From an uncultured Actinomycetota bacterium (GTDB taxonomy: Bacteria; Actinomycetota; Actinomycetes; Streptosporangiales; Streptosporangiaceae), in the NCBI GenBank assembly GCA_963737865.1, contig CAVTUG010000001.1, positions 21,766 through 85,765 on the forward strand: a stretch of 64,000 nucleotides of DNA, written 5' to 3'. The position numbers and the translations under genes are program-made. Shown one piece after another: positions 55,918 through 64,000 of the stretch. The notes under the pieces were generated by a model that did not search any database, was not told the origin of the DNA, and saw nothing but the letters and a program-made list of their open reading frames with translations. Position 1 is the stretch's first letter; each line of letters starts with the position of its first letter.

Positions 55918-57482
55918 GTTCGCTCCGTCTCAACCGCGGCAGCCACGGCGTCGCGGTCGGCCTTGCCGCTGGGCGTCTTCGGGAGGCTGCCGAGCACGGT
56001 CACCGACAACGGCACCGAGACCTCGGGGAGCACCTCGGCGAGTTGGCGCCGGACGGCCTCTTCGTCGATTCGGTGCAGCGGGTCCTTGAGCGTGACCCCG
56101 GCGCGGAGCGCGCGCGGCATCCCGTTCCCGCCCGTGATGACGGCGACGGCCGCCGAGATCTCGCCTAGGGCGAGCAACTGGGCCTCGACCTCGGTCAGGC
56201 TGATCCGGACGCCTCGGAGCTTCACGTCGTCGTCGATCCGGGCCAGCATCTGCACCCGGCCCCCTTCGAACCGCACGAGGTCGCCGGTGCGGAACGCCCG
56301 GGTATTTCCGTGCCCGGTCTCCTCGATCTGGATATACCGGCGCGCGTTGAGTTCGGGCTGTCCCAGATAGCCAAGCGCCAGCGGCGTGCCGGCGACGAGA
56401 AGCTCACCCTCTGCGTCGCTGCCTTCCTCCGCATCGATAAGGAGCTCGCACCCTGGCAGCGGGATTCCGATGGGCGGCAGCGTCGGCCAGTCGCCGACGG
56501 AATCGGGCAGGACGTGGTAGGTGACCATCGCCGATTCGCTCTGCCCGTAGTGGTTCACCAGCCGGCATCCGGCCGCGCGCTTGAAGAAGGACGTGATCTC
56601 GTCGGTGCGGACGAGCTGCTCGCCGGCGACGTTGATTTCCCTGAGCGCCAGCGATTCCACCGGGCCGTCAAATCCCCCGGCCACGGCGAGCATCTGCAGC
56701 GCCACGTACGGGAGGAAGAGCCGCTCGATTTCGTTGCCGACGAGCCAGTCGAGCAACCCGAGCGAGTCGCGCCGCAGGGATTCCGGTATGACGACCAGCG
56801 TGCCGCCGGCGCCGAGCGTTCCGAAGATCTCCTGGAACGACACGTCGAAGTTGAGCGGCGCGAATTGCGCTGTGCGGAGGTCGGGCGCGGCCGACGCCGC
56901 AGCCTGCCATTCGACGACGTTGTCGAGACAGCTGTGCGGTAGTTCCACGCCCTTGGGCCAGCCGGTGGAACCCGAGGTGTAAATAACGTAGACCGCTAGA
57001 TCAGGGTCGTGATCAGTCAGCCAGGACTGGTCATCGCCGTCAGGATCGAAGTCCGGGGCGGGGTCCGGACGCACCAGCGGGATGCGGATCAGGTCATCGC
57101 CCAGGCCGCGATCGGCGCCGTCGCAGAGCACGACCTCGGTCGCGCTGTCCCTGAGCATGTGCTCAAGCCGGGCCCTCGGGTACTCCAGGTCGAGTGGGAC
57201 GTAGGTCCGGCCGGACAGCGTGACTGCCAGCATCGCGGCCACGGCGCCGGCGCCGCGCGGGCAGGCGATGCCGACGCGGCCCCCTCGCTGACTGCCGCAG
57301 CGATCCAGGTCGCCCGCGATGTGCGCCGCCCACCGCATCAGCTCCCCGTAGGTCAGGGTGAGATCGCCGTCCACCAGTGCGACAGCAGCAGCGTTTCGGC
57401 TGGCGACGTCGGCCAGGGTCGGGACGAGACACGGCGGGTCAGCCGGTCCGCCCCATAGGGATCGGGCGTAGTCGATGGTCAT
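55914..57482 (-). CDS. Stand-alone NRPS adenylation domain
   Basis: It has VYVIYTSGSTGWPKGV, NHYGQSESAM, FRTGDLVRF, ARIDDDVKLRGVRISLTEVE and KTPSGKADR. 522 aa with no carrier domain. Confidence 0.85.
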   Translation of the reverse strand: MTIDYARSLWGGPADPPCLVPTLADVASRNAAAVALVDGDLTLTYGELMRWAAHIAGDLDRCGSQRGGRVGIACPRGAGAVAAMLAVTLSGRTYVPLDLEYPRARLEHMLRDSATEVVLCDGADRGLGDDLIRIPLVRPDPAPDFDPDGDDQSWLTDHDPDLAVYVIYTSGSTGWPKGVELPHSCLDNVVEWQAAASAAPDLRTAQFAPLNFDVSFQEIFGTLGAGGTLVVIPESLRRDSLGLLDWLVGNEIERLFLPYVALQMLAVAGGFDGPVESLALREINVAGEQLVRTDEITSFFKRAAGCRLVNHYGQSESAMVTYHVLPDSVGDWPTLPPIGIPLPGCELLIDAEEGSDAEGELLVAGTPLALGYLGQPELNARRYIQIEETGHGNTRAFRTGDLVRFEGGRVQMLARIDDDVKLRGVRISLTEVEAQLLALGEISAAVAVITGGNGMPRALRAGVTLKDPLHRIDEEAVRRQLAEVLPEVSVPLSVTVLGSLPKTPSGKADRDAVAAAVETERT

Positions 57483-57526
57483 GAGCTCCTGCCTAGTGCC
57501 GGATGGTTCGCTGGCGGGACATCGGT

Positions 57527-59032
57527 TCAGGCACCGAGGGTCAGCTGCTGCAGGCGTCCGGGCTCAGCCTCGGCTTCGAGGAAGCTGCGGCAGATCCGGG
57601 CAGCGACCTCCTCGACGGACGCGGCCCGCTCGCGGCCGGCGGGAGTGTTCACCTGGTCGGTCAGCACCAGGCCAGGACGCACCACGAAGCAGCTGATCCC
57701 CGGATACGTGGTCGCGGTCCAGTGCGCGAGACCCTCGACTGCCGCCTTCGCCGCCACGTAGTGCGGCCATTCCGCAGGAGGAGCGTCCAGAGCCGCCGAA
57801 GACACCGTGAGGCAGCGGCCGTGCGAGCGTTCTAAGGCGGCCGCCAGCCCGGACAGCGGCACGCCGACGAGATCCAGAGCCCTGGCTGTGTAGCTGCCGA
57901 TCCGCAGCGAGCCCTCCGGGGTGAAGACGGCGGTGCCGATCGGCGGCGCCGCGCTCAGGATGAGATAGTCCAGCCGCCCGCCGTGGTCGGCTAGTCGCCT
58001 GAGCACCGCTGCCGGCCACTGCGCTGTCGATGCGTCTCCGATGACCGAGAGCAGCTCACCCCGCCCGGTCAGCTGCTGGCTCACCGGAGCGAGGGCGCCG
58101 GCCTCCCGGTGTCCGACCAGAACCCGGCAGCCCTGCCCGGCCAGGGCGAGCGCAAGGCCCGCTCCAAGCCCGCGCGAACCGCCGACCACGACGGCGCTGC
58201 GACCGGCGAGCCGCTGCGAAGGGGCCAGCACCCGGTCGATCGACGCCAGCGAGGGAATCGGCGCCGGCGCGCAGACCATGGCGTCGAGCTCGACCTCGGC
58301 GACCACTGACTCGCCGGCGAGCAACTGCCCCTGGACCGTCACCAGACCGAACCGATCATCGACGTCGACGACCCGCGCCGTGTAGCGGAGTGCGTCCCTG
58401 CGGGTCACCGGATACACCTGCAGCCGGACTCGGCACAGCAGCCCGTGCCGGCCAGGAAGGTCCATGCCGGCCACATAGCTGGCCCATGCCATCGCGGTGA
58501 TCCAGCCCGTCCCCAGCCCGCGCACGGCCCTCGGCCATCGTCGGGCCAGTTCCGCGCCGGCTGCTTCGCTCGGCGCGTATCCGCCGGACGCCTCGGCATC
58601 GCCCGTCAGCCCTGCCAGGGCTCGATCGGCCCGCCCGGCTGGGCTATCGCCCGGCCCGTCCAGCGTTCTCGGCACGGCAGCGCCGCCGGCGAGCGAGATG
58701 CGCAGGCACCGGTAAGGGCCATCGGAGACGGTAAGCCGGGCGGTGGCGGTGGACGACACGTCATACGACGTGTCAGGGAACAGCGGGCGGGGAAACTGCA
58801 CTTCCAGTTCACGCAGTTCCGCGACCTCGAGCGGGATTTCGTCGAGCGCGGCGATGCAGCCGAGCATGCCATGAGCGATCGGCTCGCCGAATGGAGTGCG
58901 GCGCGCGAACGACTCAGACAGATGCATCGGGTTGGCGTCTCCGCTGAACCGGCGGAACGCTTCAACATCGTCTTTTGTCAAGCGCACTGAAGACTCCCGC
59001 CAATATCTCGACCCGGCGCGCTGAATTAGCAT
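57527..59032 (-). CDS. Fusion of MaoC-like (hot-dog) dehydratase domain(s) with a short-chain dehydrogenase/reductase
   Basis: The N-terminal [29 protein letters not shown] marks the MaoC domain. A second hot-dog-like segment follows. The C-terminal part has [18 protein letters not shown] and [11 protein letters not shown] (YxxxK). The start may be an internal GTG. Confidence 0.75.
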   Translation of the reverse strand: MLIQRAGSRYWRESSVRLTKDDVEAFRRFSGDANPMHLSESFARRTPFGEPIAHGMLGCIAALDEIPLEVAELRELEVQFPRPLFPDTSYDVSSTATARLTVSDGPYRCLRISLAGGAAVPRTLDGPGDSPAGRADRALAGLTGDAEASGGYAPSEAAGAELARRWPRAVRGLGTGWITAMAWASYVAGMDLPGRHGLLCRVRLQVYPVTRRDALRYTARVVDVDDRFGLVTVQGQLLAGESVVAEVELDAMVCAPAPIPSLASIDRVLAPSQRLAGRSAVVVGGSRGLGAGLALALAGQGCRVLVGHREAGALAPVSQQLTGRGELLSVIGDASTAQWPAAVLRRLADHGGRLDYLILSAAPPIGTAVFTPEGSLRIGSYTARALDLVGVPLSGLAAALERSHGRCLTVSSAALDAPPAEWPHYVAAKAAVEGLAHWTATTYPGISCFVVRPGLVLTDQVNTPAGRERAASVEEVAARICRSFLEAEAEPGRLQQLTLGA

Positions 59033-59135
59033 CGATCAAGGCTTGGAAAGTGTCAACGGCGGCGGCTTGAACGTCCTTGTCTTTCCGGCCAAGCTGGAGT
59101 GTCAAGAACAATATGCTGGGAAACGGTGGTCTTAT

Positions 59136-62100
59136 ATGGCGCGTGAACTCCGTCGAGCTCAGGATATTCTTAGCGCCGTCAGCGGAGGCCGACCGCGAGA
59201 TACCGACTCGCCTGCCGATGGCAGTGCTCACTCAGATGGCACGGCTCACTCAGATGGCACGGTCCGGTCAATCGTCATCGAGGTTTTCAAAGATATCCTG
59301 GGAATCGATGACGTCGACCCTGATGCGCCTTTCGGCCGTCTAGGCGGGGAATCACTGCTCGCGGTCCGGATCCTGTCGCGCTGCCGCCGCGCGCTCGGCG
59401 TGGAGCTTCCGCTGCGCTCACTGGGGTCGGCGGTGACATTGAGCCAGTTCGTCGTCGCCGTTCGGCAAGCGCAGGACACGCGGTGCACCGCGCGCGCCGA
59501 AGAACCCGCAGCCGACAGTGCGACCTTCCCGCTGCCGGCTGGAACGGCCTCGCTGGTGAGCCTGCACGCGCTGGACCCCGATTCACCCTTGTACAGCGTT
59601 GCCATGAAACTCGTCCTGACCGGTCCGCTCGATCCGAATCGGCTCCGCGCGGCGGTGACCGCCCTGGTGCGGCGGCACGAGGCGCTCGGGCTGACCTTCC
59701 TGCTCGTGGAGGGGCATATCACCGCGCGGATCGCCGCAGACCCGGTCGTCGACTACGAGGTGATCGACGCTTCCGGGCCGGACGGGACAGCAGCACGCCT
59801 GATCCGGGGCATCACCCTGCGGCCACTCGACCTCGAGCGGTCGCCGCTGCGCGTCCGCCTGGTCGCCGAGTCAGCGCAGCGCCATCACCTGATCCTGGTG
59901 GTGCATCACGCGGTCTGCGACGGACTGTCCGTGCGGATTCTCCAGCGCGACCTGCTGACCCTGTACCGCGACGGGAGCGATGCCGCCCTGCCCCGGCTCG
60001 AAGCCGGGGTGGCTGAACTCGCGCGCCGCGAGGCCTGGCTGACTCCCGAGCGGCAGGCCGAGCTGGCCGGCCGATGGCGCGGGAGGCTTGCCGGCGCGCC
60101 GGACGTCCTGCGGCTGCCGATGGAGGGCGGCCGCCCCGCCCGCCCGTCGCTGCGGGGGCGGCGCGCGGAGCTGCGCGTGCCAGCGGATCTGCACGGCCGG
60201 GTCCAGGACCTGGCGGCGTCCCTCGGAGTCTCGGTCTTCAGCGTCCTGCTCGGCGCGCTGGCCTCCATGCTCCGCCGCTACGGCGGGCAGCCGGACATCG
60301 TCATCGGCATCCCGGTCGCGGGGCGCGCCGATCCTGACAGCCAGGATGTGGTGGCCAATCTCGCCCGGATGATCCCGATCCGGCTGACCGTAGCCGACCG
60401 GACCGCCGCCGCTGATCTGGTCATCGGCGCCCAGGAGGCGATCTTGTCCGCGCGGGAGGACGCCGACCTGGCCTTCGCCGCCATCGTCGAGGCGGTGCGC
60501 CCGCGCCGCGCGGCGAGCCACCATCCCTTGTTCCAGGTCGCGCTCACGCTGCTGACCGGGTCGGACGAGCGCGTGGAGGTGCCGGGCCTGGACATCACGC
60601 GTCATGATCTCGACACCGCGACCTCCAAGTTCGATATGACCTGGTTGCTGCAGGAGGCGGACGGCGCCTTGGAAGGCCACGTCGAGTACGCCTCGGACCT
60701 GTTCCCACTGGTGCTTGTCGAGCAGATGGCGGGAAACCTGACCGCGATCCTGGACGCGATGGCGCGCCACTCCGCCACGACGGTCGAGCGGCTCGCCCTG
60801 TTCAGCGGACCGGAGCGGCGCCGGCTTCTCGACGAGCTGCACGGCGGAACTGACGGCGAGTGGCTCGCCATCGGTGACCTGGTGCAGCGGCATGCGGCCG
60901 AACGCCCCGACCATCCTGCCCTGTGGCACGAGGGGCGCGAGACGTCCTACGGCGAGCTCGACGCGGCCGCGAACCGCCTGGCCGCGCGGCTGGCCGCAGC
61001 CCGGATCGGCCCCGAGGACGTGGTGGGGGTGTGCGTCGAACGTTCTCCGGCGCAGCTCATCTCCGTCCTTGCGGTGCTGAAAGCGGGTGCCGGGTACCTG
61101 CCGCTGGATCCGGCCGGTCCGGCGGAGCGGCTGACCGGCATCGTGGCCGCCTCAGGGGCGGTCTGCGTCCTCGCCACGGCCGCGAGCCGGGCCATGCTGC
61201 CGACGCTCCGGCCGGGGCTCACCGTGCTCGACATCGACGACCGCGCAGACACCGGCACCGCCGCAGCTCCGGCGAGCCGGCCGGCCGCGAGCCAGCTGGC
61301 CTGCGTCAGCTATGCGTGCGACGCGACGGGGCAGGGCAAGGGCATCCAGCTCACCCACGCGGGCCTGGCGAACCTGGTGAAGAGCACGGGCCTGGCCTTC
61401 GGGCTGGGCCAGGACACCCGGGTACTCCAACTCGGCGCTCTGGACTGCGACGCCGCGGTCTGGGCGACGTTCACGGCTCTGAGCTGGGGTGCCACCTTGT
61501 GCCTGGCGCCCGCGAACGTCGCCGGCGACGATCGCTGCGTCGAGGAGGCGATCCGGGCTTGCGGCGCCACGCTGGTCTATCTTCCGCCGGCCCTGCTCTC
61601 CGTCGTCGATCCGGGACGAGTGCCCAGCGTGCGCCTGGTGGTCACGGGCGGCGACCGGATCTCCGCCGGGCTGCGTGACCGCTGGCTCGCACGGTGCCGG
61701 CTCGTCACGGCGTACGGCGCCACCGAAGGCACCATCTTCGACGCCTGGCAGGAGCGGTCAAGCGACGAGCCGGGGAATGACGATCTCCCGATCGGCAGGC
61801 CGATCACGAACGTGCAGCTCTACGTCCTGGACGGGGCGCTGGAGCCGGTGCCACCTGGCACGGTGGGCGAGGTCTACGTAGCCGGTGTCGCCGCCGCTCG
61901 CGGGTACCTGGGCCGGCCCGGCCTGACCGCTGGCCGGTTCGTCCCCGATCCGCACGCCACCCGAGCCGGGATGCGGATGTACCGGACCGGCGATCTGGTG
62001 CGCCGCGAGCTGTCAGGTCAGCTGCGGTGGGCCGGGCGCGTCGACCGTCAGGTGAAGATCGGCGGGTACCGCGTCGAACCGGGCGAGATCGAGGCTGCCC

Positions 62101-62432
62101 TGCTGGAACTGCCTGGCGTGCGGGAAGTCCTGGTGACCGCCGAAGCCGGATCGTCGGGAGCCGCGCGGCTGATGGCCTACGTCGCCGCGACCTCATCGGA
62201 GCAGCCGGGCCTGGAACGGCACTGGCGCGACCGGATGACAGCTCGCCTGCCCGGCCACCTGGTGCCGGCGCGGATCTTCCCGGTGCCGGCGTTCCCGCTG
62301 ACCGCCGACGGGGAAGTCGACCTCGCCATGCTGAGCGTCCTGGCGAGGATGCGGCGAGCTGAGCGGCGAGCCTTGCTGGCGCGGGTGGAATCGGCGGCCG
62401 GGACGACCATGACGGCCCGGGAGCAGGCGTGA
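59136..62432 (+). CDS. NRPS T-C-A protein whose A domain has degenerate A3 and A10 core motifs
   Basis: T domain: [15 protein letters not shown] domain: [12 protein letters not shown] domain: [31 protein letters not shown] and [14 protein letters not shown]. However, A3 reads [16 protein letters not shown] and A10 reads LTADGEVD (Glu in place of Lys). No downstream T domain. The ORF is open from 59043. Confidence 0.8.
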   Translation: MARELRRAQDILSAVSGGRPRDTDSPADGSAHSDGTAHSDGTVRSIVIEVFKDILGIDDVDPDAPFGRLGGESLLAVRILSRCRRALGVELPLRSLGSAVTLSQFVVAVRQAQDTRCTARAEEPAADSATFPLPAGTASLVSLHALDPDSPLYSVAMKLVLTGPLDPNRLRAAVTALVRRHEALGLTFLLVEGHITARIAADPVVDYEVIDASGPDGTAARLIRGITLRPLDLERSPLRVRLVAESAQRHHLILVVHHAVCDGLSVRILQRDLLTLYRDGSDAALPRLEAGVAELARREAWLTPERQAELAGRWRGRLAGAPDVLRLPMEGGRPARPSLRGRRAELRVPADLHGRVQDLAASLGVSVFSVLLGALASMLRRYGGQPDIVIGIPVAGRADPDSQDVVANLARMIPIRLTVADRTAAADLVIGAQEAILSAREDADLAFAAIVEAVRPRRAASHHPLFQVALTLLTGSDERVEVPGLDITRHDLDTATSKFDMTWLLQEADGALEGHVEYASDLFPLVLVEQMAGNLTAILDAMARHSATTVERLALFSGPERRRLLDELHGGTDGEWLAIGDLVQRHAAERPDHPALWHEGRETSYGELDAAANRLAARLAAARIGPEDVVGVCVERSPAQLISVLAVLKAGAGYLPLDPAGPAERLTGIVAASGAVCVLATAASRAMLPTLRPGLTVLDIDDRADTGTAAAPASRPAASQLACVSYACDATGQGKGIQLTHAGLANLVKSTGLAFGLGQDTRVLQLGALDCDAAVWATFTALSWGATLCLAPANVAGDDRCVEEAIRACGATLVYLPPALLSVVDPGRVPSVRLVVTGGDRISAGLRDRWLARCRLVTAYGATEGTIFDAWQERSSDEPGNDDLPIGRPITNVQLYVLDGALEPVPPGTVGEVYVAGVAAARGYLGRPGLTAGRFVPDPHATRAGMRMYRTGDLVRRELSGQLRWAGRVDRQVKIGGYRVEPGEIEAALLELPGVREVLVTAEAGSSGAARLMAYVAATSSEQPGLERHWRDRMTARLPGHLVPARIFPVPAFPLTADGEVDLAMLSVLARMRRAERRALLARVESAAGTTMTAREQA

Positions 62433-64000
62433 CGGCGGAGAGGAGCGCCCCTGCTGAGGTCGTCCTGGCGGGGACGTTCGCGCTCGACCTGATCGCCCAG
62501 ACCGCATCCTGGTGGCTGGCGAGGACGCAGCCGCAGGTTCGGCTGACCGAGGCGCCCTACGGGCAGCTGCTCGAGTCGCTGTACGACCCGGCCGGGCCGC
62601 TGCGGGTCAGCCGAGGCGTCAACGTGCTGGTCATCCGCCCTGCTGACTGGCTACGAGATCCCGACGATGCCAGCTACGCGGTGTCGGACCGGTCGGTTCA
62701 GGCGGCCGACGAAGCCGTGCGAGCCTTGCGCGGGGTGACGGCGAGCAGCCAGGCGACGTGGCTGGTGGCCGTGCCTCCGCCGGCACCGTCGCTGAGCGCG
62801 GTGCCGGGGGCCGGCGCCTGGGTCGCCGAGCAGACGGGCCGGCTGCTGGACGCGGTCCGCAGCACCCCGGCGATGTACGAGGTCGACGTGCGGACCGTGG
62901 CCGAGCTGTACGAGGTCAGCTCGATCCACGACGACTACGCGGACCGGCTCGCCCACCTGCCCTACACCGATGCCTACCTGGCGGCGCTCGGCACCTGGCT
63001 GGCGCGGGCGGTGAGCGCCGCGCTGTCGCGACCCCGCAAGCTCGTCGTGCTGGACTGCGACAACACGCTCTGGTCGGGCATCTGCGGTGAGCAGGGCCCG
63101 GAGAACGTCATCGTCTCTGAGCCTTATCTGCGGCTGCAGCGATTCATGCGCGAGCAGCGTGCCAAGGGCAAGCTGCTCGCCTTATGCAGTCGAAACGACG
63201 AGGCCGACGTGCTGGCGGTCTTTGCGAGGGCAGACATGGAGCTGCCCCTGGAGGAGATCGCCGCCCGCCGGATCGGCTGGGGCTCGAAGGCGGCCGCCAT
63301 CGGTGAGCTCGCGGCCGAGCTCGGCTTCGCCCTGGACGCGGTGGTCTTCGTGGACGACGACCCGGTGGAGTGCGCCCTGGTCGCCGACGAGCTTGCGGAC
63401 GTCGCCGTGTTCGGCGTCCCCGAGGAACCCGGGGACATTCCGGCGGCGCTCGCTCACGAGTGGGCGTTCGACCAGCTCGTGGTGACCGACGACGACCGGT
63501 TCCGAGCCGACCGCTACGTCCAGGAGAGCCGCCGGCGCGAGGCCAGGGATACAGCCGCGGACTACGCCGCGTTCCTGAAGCGGTGCCGAACCGAGATCGA
63601 CCTGGTGCCACTGGACGAAGCTGCGGTCGAACGAGCCGCCCAGCTCACGGTGCGGACCTCGCAGTTCAACCTGACGTCAGAAGCGTTCACGCCGGCGGGC
63701 CTGCGTGCCTTCCTCGCCGAGGGCGATGGCTGGACGGTGCGGGTCAGGGACCGGTTCGGCGACTACGGCACCGTCGGGGTGGTGCTGACCGGACCCGCCA
63801 GCGACGACGTGCTTGGTGTCCGCCTGCTGCTCCTGAGCTGCCGGGTGCTGAATCGCGGGGTGGATGCCGAGATCGTGCGGTTCCTCAGGCGACGGGCGGC
63901 GGAGCTTGACTGCTCGTCGCTGCGGCTGCCCTACCGCAAGACCGCGCGCAACCTGCCAGCTCGGCTATTCCTCGAACAGCTGGCCGGCGTCGCTATCCCC
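62429..64000 (+). CDS. FkbH-like HAD-IIIC family protein (glyceryl-carrier-protein loading type); 3' end beyond the window
   Basis: This ORF is not in the ORF track because it has no stop in the window. My translation from GTG 62429 (GTGA overlap) is open for 524 codons. It contains [35 protein letters not shown] and [13 protein letters not shown]. Confidence 0.75.
   Translation, partial: MTAERSAPAEVVLAGTFALDLIAQTASWWLARTQPQVRLTEAPYGQLLESLYDPAGPLRVSRGVNVLVIRPADWLRDPDDASYAVSDRSVQAADEAVRALRGVTASSQATWLVAVPPPAPSLSAVPGAGAWVAEQTGRLLDAVRSTPAMYEVDVRTVAELYEVSSIHDDYADRLAHLPYTDAYLAALGTWLARAVSAALSRPRKLVVLDCDNTLWSGICGEQGPENVIVSEPYLRLQRFMREQRAKGKLLALCSRNDEADVLAVFARADMELPLEEIAARRIGWGSKAAAIGELAAELGFALDAVVFVDDDPVECALVADELADVAVFGVPEEPGDIPAALAHEWAFDQLVVTDDDRFRADRYVQESRRREARDTAADYAAFLKRCRTEIDLVPLDEAAVERAAQLTVRTSQFNLTSEAFTPAGLRAFLAEGDGWTVRVRDRFGDYGTVGVVLTGPASDDVLGVRLLLLSCRVLNRGVDAEIVRFLRRRAAELDCSSLRLPYRKTARNLPARLFLEQLAGVAIP

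Noticed and set aside
1-64000. Search by eye for rRNA, tRNA, transposase, integrase or recombinase genes, MbtH-like proteins, and thioesterase or epimerisation domains of NRPS.
   Set aside because: I recognised none. A covariance-model or HMM scan (tRNAscan-SE, Infernal, Pfam) would be needed to exclude small RNAs and short domains rigorously.

Overview
This is high-GC, actinomycete-type DNA. Most of it looks like one very large, multi-operon secondary-metabolite locus.

- **Left edge:** a peptide-type ABC importer on the minus strand (two permeases plus a lipoprotein binding protein).
- **2.9-15.3 kb:** a translationally coupled plus-strand operon of sugar and amino-acid tailoring enzymes. 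It encodes a radical SAM-SPASM enzyme, a carbamoyltransferase, a GT2-oxidoreductase fusion, an ATP-grasp enzyme, a DegT aminotransferase, an SHMT paralogue, an aryl-CoA-ligase-like enzyme and an MBL-fold CmlA-like protein.
- **16.2-18.3 kb:** a heavily frameshifted Ser/Thr kinase with YVTN beta-propeller repeats.
- **18.7-24.3 kb:** a lower-GC, tightly coupled operon of nucleotide/nucleoside-fold enzymes plus a large radical SAM enzyme with a non-canonical cluster motif. This is the most unusual system in the window.
- **24.9-30 kb:** three secreted repeat proteins and a repeat-dense non-coding island.
- **30.2-64 kb:** a highly dissociated NRPS system with 5 C, 4 A and 6 T/ACP domains spread over 8 genes. 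Accessory genes are a FAAL, an asparagine synthase, a KAS III-like enzyme, an FkbH-like enzyme, a MaoC-SDR protein, a P450, an MFS exporter, a phosphotransferase, a methyltransferase, and LmbU-like and StrR/ParB-like regulators. A second repeat-dense island (48.97-50.3 kb) interrupts this region.

Roughly 20 single-base reading-frame breaks interrupt otherwise well-conserved genes. Either the assembly carries indel errors or the locus is decaying, and every pseudogene call below carries that caveat. I recognised no rRNA, tRNA, CRISPR array, transposase or integrase.
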